Shown here: one piece after another, positions 38,701 through 50,100 of the stretch
How the letters are laid out: the number at the start of each line of letters is the position of its first letter
How positions within the stretch are numbered: position 1 is the stretch's first letter
Virus record (IMG/VR): IMGVR_UViG_3300008262_000024
Coordinates: 1 to 64,000 of that record
Reading direction: 5' to 3' (one strand)
Length of the DNA stretch: 64,000 bases
From: a virus
The notes under the pieces: model-generated
Told to the model about the DNA's origin: nothing
The model's input: only the letters and a program-made list of their open reading frames with translations
The model's database searches: none
Position numbers and translations under genes: made by a program

Positions 38701-41700
38701 ACCTTCAACACCAAATCCTAAATACTGATCTGTTAATAAGTTATTTGTTATTTGTATAATTTTAATATACTCTTCATCAGTAATAACATTATTTCTAAGT
38801 TTTTCAATAGAACTAAATATTAACTTAAGAGGTTTGTATCTAGCAGCTATTAATTTTAGTTTGTTAGGTGAACCATCTTTATTAGTATCAGATACAAAAT
38901 CTGCTGTTAATAATGCTTGAATAATTTCATTAATATCTTTAACTCTATTAAGGTCTTCAAGTATTATTTGAAGTTCTGTTCTTAGGTCAAGAGCATTATT
39001 TAATTCTTGTTCAGCTTTAGCTACAGCTTGTTCTGCTTTTTGAAGATTTTCATTTAACTGTCTTTCTTCTTCTATTAAAGATTCTAGCTCTTTATTTATT
39101 TCATTTAAAATTGATCTTGTAAATTCATCAAACAAAATGTTATCTTGTTCAGTTTTAAACTTACCATCTTGTTTATTAATTTCAAAATCTTCTTTTATTC
39201 TATATAATAAATCTAACTGTTGAGTTAAACTATCATATATACTATTTAAATCTGTTATTTGATTATCAATTTCTTCAAGTAATCCTTCTAATCTTTTAAT
39301 TTCAGCTTGAAGTTGCTTCTTTTCTTGTGCTTTACCATTATTAGCTCTACCAAATTCATTAGTGATTTCTTTAATCCAGTTTTGATAAATTTCTATTTCA
39401 TTTTTAATCTGAACTCTTTTATTTACAGCATCTTGTAGCATACCTTTATTTTCAGATAAACTTGTCCACAGTTTATCATATACTACTTCAAATGCTCTAA
39501 GCTTAGCAACTTTACTTCTTCTTATTCTTTCAAGTTTTCTTTTTAAAAAAGCTTCCTGCTTGTTTATAATTCTAACACCTTTATTCTTTTTTAAAAAGTC
39601 AATAGTAAATTCTCCTTTAACTTCTTTAGTGAAAGAATCTCTATATAATCTTTTTAATTTACCAGTTGTAACATCTCTTTCAGAATATGCTTCATACTCT
39701 TTACCATTAAGTTCAAAGTAAAAAAATCTATCATCACCTTTAAACTTTTGAAGTTCTTCAGGAGAAAGTTTAGCTTTAACTTCAGGATCTAGAGTATGTT
39801 CTATATCCATCTTATAACCAGCATCAGCTAAATCTTTAGCAAATTTATCTGTTACTTGTTTATCAGTAATTTCAGATTCTTGTTTTGAAATTTCTTTATT
39901 TGTTTTATCAGCTAAGTATTTATTATATTCTTCTTGAATAGCTTCTTTACTATATAAAGCTTTCTCATCTTCTAAAAGATCTTTAAGTTGTTCTTTATAT
40001 TGTTTTTCTTTACCATAAAGAAGTTCTAGTTCTTTTTTATCTGATTCAGATAATTCAACAGGAGTTGTAGGATCTTCTTTATCTACAAGATTTTTAGATA
40101 CAATATTAAATATTTGTTGATTTAAACTATTAGTAACTTTTTTAAGTTCTGAATTTAAAACTACTTTTTCTAACTTTTTATTTCTAATTAACTGACTAAA
40201 TGCAGCTCTATCACTTTTACTACCACCTTGTAAAGTTGGCATATCAAACTCATGTCTATTATCAACACTGTCATAAAGTTCATAATACTCATCAACTCTT
40301 TGTAATAAATTTGACATTCTTTGAGCTTGTGTTGTAGAACCTGTTAAACCAAGTAACTCTTCAACATCTTGTTTTTCTAATTCACTTTTAGAAAGCTCAC
40401 TTGTAATATGATTTTTTAAAATTTGAATACCTTCTTGACCTTGCTCAAAGAAAGGTTGAAAGTAATTGTAATCTAATATTGATTGAATTAAACTATAATC
40501 TTCTTTATCTCCTGATAATGCTGCTATATCAGCAAGCTTATTTAACATTATTTTATTTTCAGGTTGACTTAACAACTGCTGAAACTTTTCTTGATTTATT
40601 TTAGGAGTACCTTTTTCAATTATAATTTTACCATTATCATCTTTTTCAAATATATCAGCAACACCTTTCATTCTGTCAATTAAATTGTTTTTTAATTGAG
40701 CATGTAGTATACTGCCATATTTACTTTGATACCTATCATCTTTAATTTGACCTACTATTGACATACCTCCACCAAGAATACCACCTAATGCAATAGCTTT
40801 TCGCATATCAGTAGTACCTAAATTTTCAACATATGAGTCTATAAGCCCACCTAATTTTTGATAATAGGTTTTATCTTGTTCATCTTCAGATAACATTGCT
40901 TGATCTTTAAAATACTCAGCACCTGAAAATTGTAAACCTTCTTCAAAAAAACCTTCTTTACCTAAACCAACAGCAGCTTTACCTAAATAACCTAAATATT
41001 TTTGTTTTAATGTTTTAGCACTAAAGTCTTGAAGAACTCCTTGTTCATTAAACATTTTACTAAGTGCTGATTTTCTAGAACCAAATGCACCAAATAATGC
41101 TCTTTGGTCCATTAAGTTAGGAACAAGTAATATTGCCATATTGAATTTAAAGACATCAGCTGCTACTCCACCTGCTTGTTCTCTTAAACCCATCATAGTG
41201 TTTTCATCTATTTGAGAAGCATCTTCTATATTATTAGCTTCCATGTAATTAGAAACTACAGCATCTAAAGTATTATCAAAAGATTCTTTAGCTTCAGCAG
41301 AAGCTTCTAATGTAGCATTAACTGTAGCTGCTGTAAAATCATTAAAGTTTCTAGCAGCTCTCATTCCTAACTTTTCAGCTTGAGCTGCATATCTTAATGC
41401 TCCAGTTTTAGTAAGACCTTTAGATAAACCTTTAACTGTTCTTAAATAAGCATTACCTGCATTATAAAGATTAACACCTCTTTGTCCTAATTTTAAAAGT
41501 TTAAGTGCATTACCTGGTACTAACATTGATGCTAAAAATCCTATACCATCAGCACCTTCTGTAGCCCAAAATGAAGCTGAAAATAAGTTATCCAATAAAC
41601 CACCTTTTTTAACTGATTCAGGAATATATACTTTTAATAATTCTTCATTAGCATAATCTTCCCATTCTTGTACACTATTAACCCAAACATTATCTAATGA

Positions 41701-42075
41701 CTCTCCTAATGATTCATTAGTAAATGCAGCCATAGTTAGACCACCAACATATCCTGGCATTTTTGCAATCTCACTTACAAATTTATTTACAGTTCTTAAA
41801 GCACCTGCTCCAAGTTTTTCAGGAACACTTTGAAAATATTCTTGTTCAAATTCAACTTGTTCAGGTGTTCTAAAAAATACAGCTTCTTTATTATCAATAT
41901 CAAAAGTAAAATCTTCTGAAAACCAAGATTTACCTGAATCAACTATGTTTTGATAATCTTCAATAGAAACACCAGGAGCATTTCTTATTGGAATATAATT
42001 TTGTTGTTGTTCTTCTAAAACTGGTGCTTTAGGTGTATAAGATTGTATTAACGACTTTATATCTTCTGTTGGCAT
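35719..42075 (-). CDS. Large virion cargo/ejection protein
   Basis: 2118 aa; Gly/Ala-rich hydrophobic helices in the N-terminal third, EE..Q motif, long coiled coils; first of the giant-gene trio. Confidence 0.75.
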   Translation of the reverse strand: MPTEDIKSLIQSYTPKAPVLEEQQQNYIPIRNAPGVSIEDYQNIVDSGKSWFSEDFTFDIDNKEAVFFRTPEQVEFEQEYFQSVPEKLGAGALRTVNKFVSEIAKMPGYVGGLTMAAFTNESLGESLDNVWVNSVQEWEDYANEELLKVYIPESVKKGGLLDNLFSASFWATEGADGIGFLASMLVPGNALKLLKLGQRGVNLYNAGNAYLRTVKGLSKGLTKTGALRYAAQAEKLGMRAARNFNDFTAATVNATLEASAEAKESFDNTLDAVVSNYMEANNIEDASQIDENTMMGLREQAGGVAADVFKFNMAILLVPNLMDQRALFGAFGSRKSALSKMFNEQGVLQDFSAKTLKQKYLGYLGKAAVGLGKEGFFEEGLQFSGAEYFKDQAMLSEDEQDKTYYQKLGGLIDSYVENLGTTDMRKAIALGGILGGGMSIVGQIKDDRYQSKYGSILHAQLKNNLIDRMKGVADIFEKDDNGKIIIEKGTPKINQEKFQQLLSQPENKIMLNKLADIAALSGDKEDYSLIQSILDYNYFQPFFEQGQEGIQILKNHITSELSKSELEKQDVEELLGLTGSTTQAQRMSNLLQRVDEYYELYDSVDNRHEFDMPTLQGGSKSDRAAFSQLIRNKKLEKVVLNSELKKVTNSLNQQIFNIVSKNLVDKEDPTTPVELSESDKKELELLYGKEKQYKEQLKDLLEDEKALYSKEAIQEEYNKYLADKTNKEISKQESEITDKQVTDKFAKDLADAGYKMDIEHTLDPEVKAKLSPEELQKFKGDDRFFYFELNGKEYEAYSERDVTTGKLKRLYRDSFTKEVKGEFTIDFLKKNKGVRIINKQEAFLKRKLERIRRSKVAKLRAFEVVYDKLWTSLSENKGMLQDAVNKRVQIKNEIEIYQNWIKEITNEFGRANNGKAQEKKQLQAEIKRLEGLLEEIDNQITDLNSIYDSLTQQLDLLYRIKEDFEINKQDGKFKTEQDNILFDEFTRSILNEINKELESLIEEERQLNENLQKAEQAVAKAEQELNNALDLRTELQIILEDLNRVKDINEIIQALLTADFVSDTNKDGSPNKLKLIAARYKPLKLIFSSIEKLRNNVITDEEYIKIIQITNNLLTDQYLGFGVEGLSQLTSDIKSAAKNANQIPLSVETQFYVDNHYFYPDRMIDKIVSHRQRLLESATKYYFDLSEQQIAQMGPREIRLLEITQKENDLKTLMNDLFIQYKNKLNRTPGQPINYNNQAPTGQAPTVYEEEEVGGKPDFSGFLSNYIFRSIALDLAYDDKTKKTSYPDNNEGLPELNENDENYRRLSTFIKNNPDLAKKYNVRFFIGRTDQDGNVTVSLGGGQTSSELLNLYKAIPEGEEGRKPGDLSIGFYLEDEKGNPATETYANQTKLVVGFIPKSITSKSGALRINNAAAVSLITNGFNIRKDVKFINNYEVKEKDGVYTFAAKNYGKDVDVTVTIKDGKAIIETRYDAFIAGTSALEISESDAEIVADYLKDGSNYAMSKAGKKIVSLLMNSKIKYQSNIVLNSEKTNNIENSGVYELYGEITIDELIAKAKEIIAGDKGLYQEQVINTIVNHVETENKKAYSGISLVTGGVPIIQYETDENGKPMFNKPVQRKITKALPVKVTEKGILEGGDIEVVDYTTQTSYTPGKVILKMDKTNEVVPLTQRTLTPDEILTALYIMSTADEGNVKAPDFGDKKFMRIKKSSSSDEMQAIGSYLMLPFNSESNVSAITSLLYWGRQLDKNYIDQQGKEIPIASDKVSEIFYHNGEIHFKKKLEDGKWIQTSLDILTLKKALASTDPLQNPLIGDLVTYLADKRLNVNKQLLGENTPNLYFHPQVKRTADGKYEMSYKSYPSYRSFLVDSVLRTSLPSKDNFPKFANKMIVFKRVSEGNTIKVQLNENFTKPSDKPENKKVVVSKKKETKTETDTSELNLSDEDKIKAKLKAQKEKLKAKLKASLSEETPVSKEEEVADEIESDSTATVSDRKKQLNEIKNLVASTDDLTSKMDDIFNVLDEAKYESWQNTLNQTELEKDLKDKLSKAKSETEVANIVSKYLLSKFINAELAALEGKPTETKEGETKLQKFRRRGVSGLSAPSTKAEKAMMQQQAKNCKTK

Positions 42076-42089
42076 TTTAATTAAATTTA

Positions 42090-44174
42090 TTATCTTGAAT
42101 ATAATCCTATACCTAATATATTTTCTACATCTCCATATGATAATATATAAGTGCTTTTATCATTAGGATTAGGTTCAAATTTATCTGCTATAAATCCTAT
42201 TTTACCATCGTCACCTGCATAACCTTGACCCATTACAAACAAATCAGGTATTGGTTTACCTGTATTGTCTACTGCATTAGCAATATAATGATAACCTATC
42301 TTTATAGGTGTAGTTATAGCTTTACCTTCATTTGCAAAACCTCTAAGTCTTGTTAATCCTTCAGAGTATTCAATATTAGCAAGCATACTTGATTCATTTA
42401 AAAACTCTTCTGTATTTCCTTTATTAGCAGATTTTGTCATGTCATCTTTAATACTAGTTTTAGTCATTGTTTTTATTTCTCTACTAGTAGCATCATTAAT
42501 ATTAACTATATGAGTACTAATCTCTTTTCCTTTATCATCTTTTAATATAATTTGATAAGACATTTGATCAGTAATTGGATTTTTAACTAAAGTTATTGAA
42601 GATTGTTCTTTATTAGCTTCTGGATTATCTTTTAATATTTGATCAAAACCAATATTATTACTTGTACGAGCATTTAATGTTCTATTAAATAATCCTTCTT
42701 TAACTGCTTTAGATGTTTGATTTAAATTTGATCCTGGATTAATATCAACTATAGTTTGCATTTCTTGAGTAATTGTACCAGATTGTGCAAGTTCTCTTGC
42801 TTTAGGTTCATAATAACTATATTTTATTTTACCTAAAGAATGCATTTGAATGTTATTAACCATTTGTTTAGGATCTGTAGGTGAAATTACAGTTTTACCC
42901 CAAGGTGTATATCCTGTAATTTTCTTTTCATCTTTCATATATTTAACAAATTCTGATTTAGATAATGGTTTTAAACCATTTTTACCAACAGCTTGTTGCA
43001 TTTTAGGTAAATATAATGCATTGTTTGCAAGCATAGTGTTAAATTCTTTTATATATTCTTGATAATATTTATCAATATATTCAGGCTTGTTTACTGCAGA
43101 ATGAATTAAATCTATATTTGTTTGTAATGAATTTAAATTATTTCTTAATTGATCTATTTCTTGTTGTTTCTTTTGTATTTGATAACTATTAAGTTTACCT
43201 CTTGTTTCAGGATTTTCAAGTTCTTTTTGTAAAGCAGCTATTTGATTTTTTGTATTAATTATACTTTGTTTAGCAGAATCATAGTTAATATTAACAGGAG
43301 TAGTTTGACCAGTAAATGTTAACAATTGTGATTGTTCTTTTAACCTTTGTTCTTGCTCTCTACCCCATTGTGGATTTTCTCTTAATGACTTTGAAGTTTG
43401 TGTAAATATTCTTTCATTAATAACTGATTCAACTAAATTATCAAATGTTGAATTTCTTTTATATCCCATTTTTTCATCCCAATCACCTAAATCATTTAAA
43501 TAACCTGAATAACTAGAATAAATTGTTGGTAAAACTCTTCTAATTAAAGGTTCTAGTTTTTCTCTTGTAATATATCTACCTTCACTATCTACATAAAACT
43601 GACCAGTTATACTAGTACTACCATGTGCATCTGCAACAACATTATCAACAGCATTTTCAAAATCTGTTCTCATTTTTGTAGAAATTTCTCTAGCATCATA
43701 TCCTGCACGTTGATTATATGGTCTAAGTGCTCCTGTAGTTGGATCATATGTAGAATACATAGGATCTGCTTTTAAACCTAATTCAGGTGCTCCTTTTTCC
43801 ATTAAAGATGTTAAACTTTTCATAACTTCTTTATGAGGTTCAACAGCTGCTGTCATAGTTTGTATTCTTTTATCTTGAGCAATATTTCTAAGTACTTTAG
43901 AAAATTCTCTAGATGCAGTATTGAAGTCACCTGTTTGTCTTATATAATCTGTAATTTGATATAATTGATCATTATATTCATTTTGAACATGTTTCTTACC
44001 TGGCATATCACCAGGATTAACTTCAAAGTTTAAAAGTTTATTAGCAGCATCACCTTGTGCTAAAGCTGCATCATAACCTTTTTGTTTTTGTTCAGCAACT
44101 CCTTGTAAGAATTCCCAAGGCATATCTACTTGAGTAGATACATATTCTCTTAATCTAGGTTTATAAAATCTCAT
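42090..44174 (-). CDS. Putative virion cargo protein
   Basis: 694 aa; helical, YVSTQVDMPWE N-terminus, no Cys seen, lies in the cargo block. Confidence 0.7.
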   Translation of the reverse strand: MRFYKPRLREYVSTQVDMPWEFLQGVAEQKQKGYDAALAQGDAANKLLNFEVNPGDMPGKKHVQNEYNDQLYQITDYIRQTGDFNTASREFSKVLRNIAQDKRIQTMTAAVEPHKEVMKSLTSLMEKGAPELGLKADPMYSTYDPTTGALRPYNQRAGYDAREISTKMRTDFENAVDNVVADAHGSTSITGQFYVDSEGRYITREKLEPLIRRVLPTIYSSYSGYLNDLGDWDEKMGYKRNSTFDNLVESVINERIFTQTSKSLRENPQWGREQEQRLKEQSQLLTFTGQTTPVNINYDSAKQSIINTKNQIAALQKELENPETRGKLNSYQIQKKQQEIDQLRNNLNSLQTNIDLIHSAVNKPEYIDKYYQEYIKEFNTMLANNALYLPKMQQAVGKNGLKPLSKSEFVKYMKDEKKITGYTPWGKTVISPTDPKQMVNNIQMHSLGKIKYSYYEPKARELAQSGTITQEMQTIVDINPGSNLNQTSKAVKEGLFNRTLNARTSNNIGFDQILKDNPEANKEQSSITLVKNPITDQMSYQIILKDDKGKEISTHIVNINDATSREIKTMTKTSIKDDMTKSANKGNTEEFLNESSMLANIEYSEGLTRLRGFANEGKAITTPIKIGYHYIANAVDNTGKPIPDLFVMGQGYAGDDGKIGFIADKFEPNPNDKSTYILSYGDVENILGIGLYSR

Positions 44175-44191
44175 ATCTTATTTTTATTTAA

Positions 44192-47100
44192 CTATTTATT
44201 CCACATATTTATTCTACCTTCTGAAGTATTTTTATAAACATCAGGAGTTCCTTTTCTTTTCCAATAATCAGAAAGTATATCTTGTTTAGCTTTATCTATT
44301 TTTTGTACAAAAGCAGGATCATTCATTAATGCTTTTATTTCAGCTTCTTTCTCTTTAAATAATTTTTCATCTGTTGCTTTAGTTTGTACATCATTTAAAG
44401 TAGTAAATCCTGCAGCTAAAAGTAAAACATCTTCTATGTTTCTTCCAGTATTATATTTATAATCAACTAATCTTTTTTGAACATCAACAGGATAATCTTT
44501 TACTTGTGGTAAATATTCTTTAGTTATAAATTCAGTAGCTTCATCTTTATCAATTTTATTATCTTTCCACATTTCAGGATATTTCTTAGACCATTTTTCT
44601 TTTTTTATACCATAATTTTCAAGACCTGTACCACCTGCTGATCCTTTAGTAGATTCATAATCTAAAATTTGATTTATCCATTCATTATTATTTACTTTAT
44701 CAGCAGGAGTAACATTAGCAGATGGTACATTAGCATTAGCAGCTGGTGTATTAGCACCTGTATTTGCTGCAGGTGCATTTTGTTTATAAGGATCATTGTA
44801 AGGTGTTGGTGTAAAAGTACCTCCTTCAGTATTTGGTACAAATTTAAAACCTCCTTGTCCATCTGGAACTAATTTAAAATTACCAGTACCAATATTATTA
44901 GCAATAGTTTTATTTACTTGATTAATTCTATAATCTCTAATCATATTAGCAGTAGAAGAACCTACACCACTAAGACCTTCTGTTACATTAGTTCTAGCAG
45001 CATCTTTTTCTTGCTGTCTATCAATTTGCTCTTGCATTGCTATTTGAGCATTTTGTGCATTAACTTGATTTTGCATTTGAGTATTAGCTACATCAGCTTC
45101 ATACTGTATACCTGCAGTTTGAGCACCTCTTTGATTAGCTGCTTGTAATCCTAATCCTCTCATATTAGACATATAACTTCCTGATGTAGGAGCACTTTGT
45201 CTTAAATTATAACCAGCTAAATCTTGAGCTTGTCTAGATTGTTTATTAGCTAATATTATTGCTCTATAAGGATCTATTTTATCAGCTTTAATTCTTTCAT
45301 AATTAACATCATCAGGTCCTTTTAATCCATAGTATAATTGACTTAATGGACCTGCAGCTTGTGCTGCCATTGATGCATAATCTAATCCTGTAAGACCTTG
45401 ATTAGGTTGATTAGGTTGATTAACTTTAGGAATAGATGCTCCTTCAGGTCTCCAACCTTCTTCATATTGACTAATCATATTTGGATTAATACTTACAGGA
45501 TCACCATCTAAATTAACACCTTCATATCCCCAATCTAGCATAGAAGTTGAACCTGTTAAAGGTTGTCCAAGTTCTGAAGGTATATTTTTATTAACAGGTG
45601 CATCAATGTTTTCAGTAATAGGTTCTGCAGATGAATTATTTATAATATTACCGCTTTTATCAAATTCAAAAGTTTCTAAATCTATAGATTCAGGACCTGC
45701 TTTTTTATTTGCACTTACCATAGGTGGTATAAATCCTGAAGTATTAGAAGTATTAGAAGTATTAGATACACGTGATGGTGAATATGGTCCAGGTATTTGT
45801 TCTACTGGTCTTAAATGTTCTGGTAAAAATGGACTAGGTTGATTAATAGGATTTATATTAGGCTGTTGGTTGTTAGTTGTACTTCTATTACCAATTCTAA
45901 ATCCTCTTTGTTTTAAATAATCTCTAGCACTTAAATAACTTCTAATTGTATTTAAAAAATTATTCATTGGATTAGGATTTGTATTTTTTTGTCTATCTAA
46001 AATACTAGTTGCATTACCTTGAGCATCTATTACATTAGGTGTATCCAAATTAGTTAAATAATTATTTATATTATTATATTCTGAAGCATCCATATCTGCC
46101 ATTCCTGGTAAATCATATGGAGGTCCACCATTAGAATACATATTACCACCTTGTGCCATCATCATTCCACCTCTGTTTTGTGCAGCTACTTGAAATGGTT
46201 GTGCAACATTAGATACCATTGGACCACCATGTGCATGTTTCCAACTAGCAGCATTTCTAGCAAAGTTAGCTTTCTTAACCATTGCTGAAGAATAATTTTC
46301 TTTATTAGCTAATACTTGTCTTGCAAACTCTTGTACAGATTTACCATGTTTAGTGGCTGCTGCAGTAAATGTACCTCTTTTAGATTCTTTAATATGTATA
46401 CCACCGCCTTCACCATATTGATTAACATAAGCATCAGCTTCTTGTGGTGACATGTGAGATTCAACTCTTGCTCTTAAAATTTCTTTAGGTAGTTTACCAC
46501 CTTTGGAATATCCTGGCATATTAAGTCCTTTATATTTTTTAGGATTAATATATCCACCATAAGCGGCAGCATATTCTTCCTCAACTATTTTTGTAATATC
46601 TTTATTTAGTTTACCACCTGCAGCTGCATATTGTAAAGCACCATTAACCATAGCTTGTCTTTGTTCTTCTTTAGCCTTAGCTTCAGCTCTAGCAAGTTCT
46701 GTTTCTTTAATAGCTCTCTGCTTAATTTGCTCAATAGTTTCTTCAACTAAAGGATCCATTGGTCTTCTAAGGTTATCTTTATATTTAGATAAATCTCTTA
46801 ATGTATATTTATCTAATCTTTTTTTAAGATTTTCAGCCATAGTTCTACCAAACTCATCTGTTTGAGTATTTTGACCATTTACTTCATCTGAAACTACATA
46901 ACTATCATCAAGAACATATTCTCCACCTTCTGCCATAGCATTAGGTCCAATAGGTACTCCACCATATGCATTTTCATGATGTAATCCTGATGATTTAGGA
47001 ATAAGGTTTATTCCATATTTTTCTAAAGTAGTTCCACCTTTAGAATATCTTGTTCTGTAGTTTTTGTATTTATCTCTCATAGAGTTTTGCAAATTTAATG

Positions 47101-50100
47101 AATTATTATTTATATTACCACCAGTAGCTGCAAATGATAATCCTTGATTTAACATTTGATCAGGATACATTGCAGGATTTTGAAAATTATTTATACTTGA
47201 ATCTACTGATGGTGTTGTACTTGGCATACCTTGTGAAGGATTTACAAATCTAGAACCTATTCCTACTAATTGTCCAGCAGCATTTAATTCTTTAGAACCA
47301 AATTCAGAACCTAAAGTTCCTAACACTTGACCTGCACCACTAACAATTTGTTGAGGATTACCACTTATTATACCAGAAGTTAAATTACCTGCACTAGATG
47401 CTATTTGACCTGTTTTATTTGCCCACTTATCAGCACCTCTTTGATATTCTTGACTATGTCCTAAATTTTTAGTAACTCCTTGTATAGCACCTTTACCCAT
47501 TCCATATGCAGGACCTAAAAATATTGAACCTGCAACATCAGTTCCTAAACCTGCAACTCCTTCCATTACAGCAGCTGCATTTGCAAATCCTTTATTATTA
47601 TAATTAAAATTAACAAAGTTATTACCACTTATTTGTTCAAATGGACTAGCTATAAAGTTTAACCCTAATTTACCAATATCTTCTAATACACCACCTCTCT
47701 TATATTGCATTGGTACACCTGCATAGTACATATATGGATTCATATAACCTCCTTGTGATTGTTGTTCAGGTTGAAGGTTTTGTTTCATTGTTGTTCCTAT
47801 TACAACACCTGTTGTTCCTGCAAATCCTATTTTATTTAATGATTTTCTTATTTTAGATATATCAAAATCATTTACACTTTGAACATATGGATGTTTTTGA
47901 TTTATTAAATATTGTAATGCATTTTTAATATCTTCATCATCTTTTGGATAATATACTCTACTACCATCTTTATCATTAAGTATCATTCTTAATTCATTTT
48001 GAACAGCTTCAGCTTCATAATGAGCTGCATCATGATTTTTATAAACATATGTACCATCTTGGTTTTTTAAACCTTTAGACCAAGCATCATCAAGTATTTT
48101 TCTTTCATGAACTGTAGGTAAAGTAGATAGATCTCTTAGAGTTCTACTATGAGCTGTTTCATGTATTCCAGTAAGATAAGTATCTTCAGGACTTAAATGT
48201 GGATCAATTACTATAATATCATCCTTATCCCCAATGTCTCTAATACCATATTTACCTTGTGATATATTTCCAGATTTATCTTCTAAATAAAGTCTAGGAT
48301 TATCTGCAACTTGTTTAAATGGATCTGGTTCTTTTGCATTTTCAAAATCTCTAAATCTATTAAACGGTTCAACAAGTTCAGGATCATTTGCAAATCTTGC
48401 TTTTTGATTACTTAAATTAAATTCATTATTAGTTCTAAATAATGAAAGTTTTTTTCTATTATATGGGGATTGTGAAAATGTAGCAGCGTCTTCATTAGCT
48501 TGCCATAAAGCAAAATTTCTTTTATCTGCTAATGAAGGTTTTTGTAATGGATTAATAGGAATATTTGGATTTACTGAAAAATTATTTTTAAAATAGTTTC
48601 TATATCCTGTTTTAGCAGTATTTAATCCCATACCTAAACCACCAATTACTCCTGGTGATCCTGATAAAAATAAACCTGTTTCTAAACCTCTAGCAAGTTT
48701 TTCATCCCAAGGTGCATTAGAACTATAATATCCACTATTTATATCTGATCCTAACATATTTGCACCAGAAATTCCTCCTGTTAATCCTAATATATTATTT
48801 CCAGTTAACCACGGTATAGTTCTTCCACCTACTACTGCAGGTAGTTGTAATGTTGAAGCTACTGCAGGAACAGTTTTAGATGCTATAGCTCCAGCAACTG
48901 GTGCAAATAATGCAGCTTCAATTGGACCCATTGTAGGTTCTGCTCTACCTGATGCTGGTGGTTGATAATTAGGATTTTGTATCCAACCAGTTTCTGAAGG
49001 AATAAATCTTGGTGCAGTTGGACCAACAATATCTGGATTATATAAACCAGTATCTTCAATATATTCAAGTTCAGGAAGTGTTCTTTGTAACATTTCATCA
49101 CCTGGCATCATGTAGTATTCATTATTTTCACTACCTACATAATTTATCATTTTATTTTGTTTAGGATCCCAAAATTTTTTACGATATAATGTTACAGAAT
49201 TATTTTTATTACCATCTTTATTATTACCACCTGTTGGTCCACCACCATCATACATATATCCACCTGTAGCTTTTTGATTATTTTTAATCCAACCTTTTTC
49301 AGTATCTGCACCAGGATACATATCTTTATACATATTATATTGATTCCAATCAATTGCTCTCCAACCTTGACCATCATCCATGTATAATTCAGGTGTTCCT
49401 CTATCTACACCATCTATAGTACCTTTCTTTAAACTTGGAGACATTTCTCTAAGTAATACTTTAGATGGAAATTTAAGTTGAATAGGACTTAATTTTAAAG
49501 GTTCTTCTTTAGATTCAAATCCTTTAAATGGTATAGATTGTAAGTTTGGTATTTCATCTAAAGTTGCTAATTTAATAGCAGGTTCATCCCAATAAGGAAT
49601 AGGATATGTATATTGATCTGGATCATTTACAATTGATTCTGGATAATATTCACCTCTTTTAAGATGCCAGTTTATATCATGTTCTTTATCAATACCATAT
49701 GTTTCTACATCAGTAATTTGTTCTATCCAATGATTAGTTTCATCTTTTCTATTTGTTATATATGTAGGATGATTTCTTCTATGAGTAACCATATCTAACA
49801 ATTCTTCTTTTGTTAAATTTGGATAATATTTTTGTAATTCTATAAGATTAGTATCATCTTCTATTTCTTTTGTAAAATTTTTTTTCCAAGGAGCTTTAGG
49901 TAAATATGTAGTAGCATATGCATTATCTAAAGGTTCAGCTTCCCAAGAAGTTTGATTATGATATTTTGAAGGTTTATATTTTTTAAATAAATTATTATAA
50001 TTCCATGGATTATCTAAATCATCATAACGATACTGTGACCAATTACTTGTTTCTCCATAATGATGTTCTGGTATTTCTGTAGTATAACTATAAGTTACTG

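Noticed and set aside
45398-45766. 9-bp tandem repeats as phase-variation switches
   Set aside because: Unit length is a multiple of three and lies in low-complexity linkers, so slippage would not change the reading frame.
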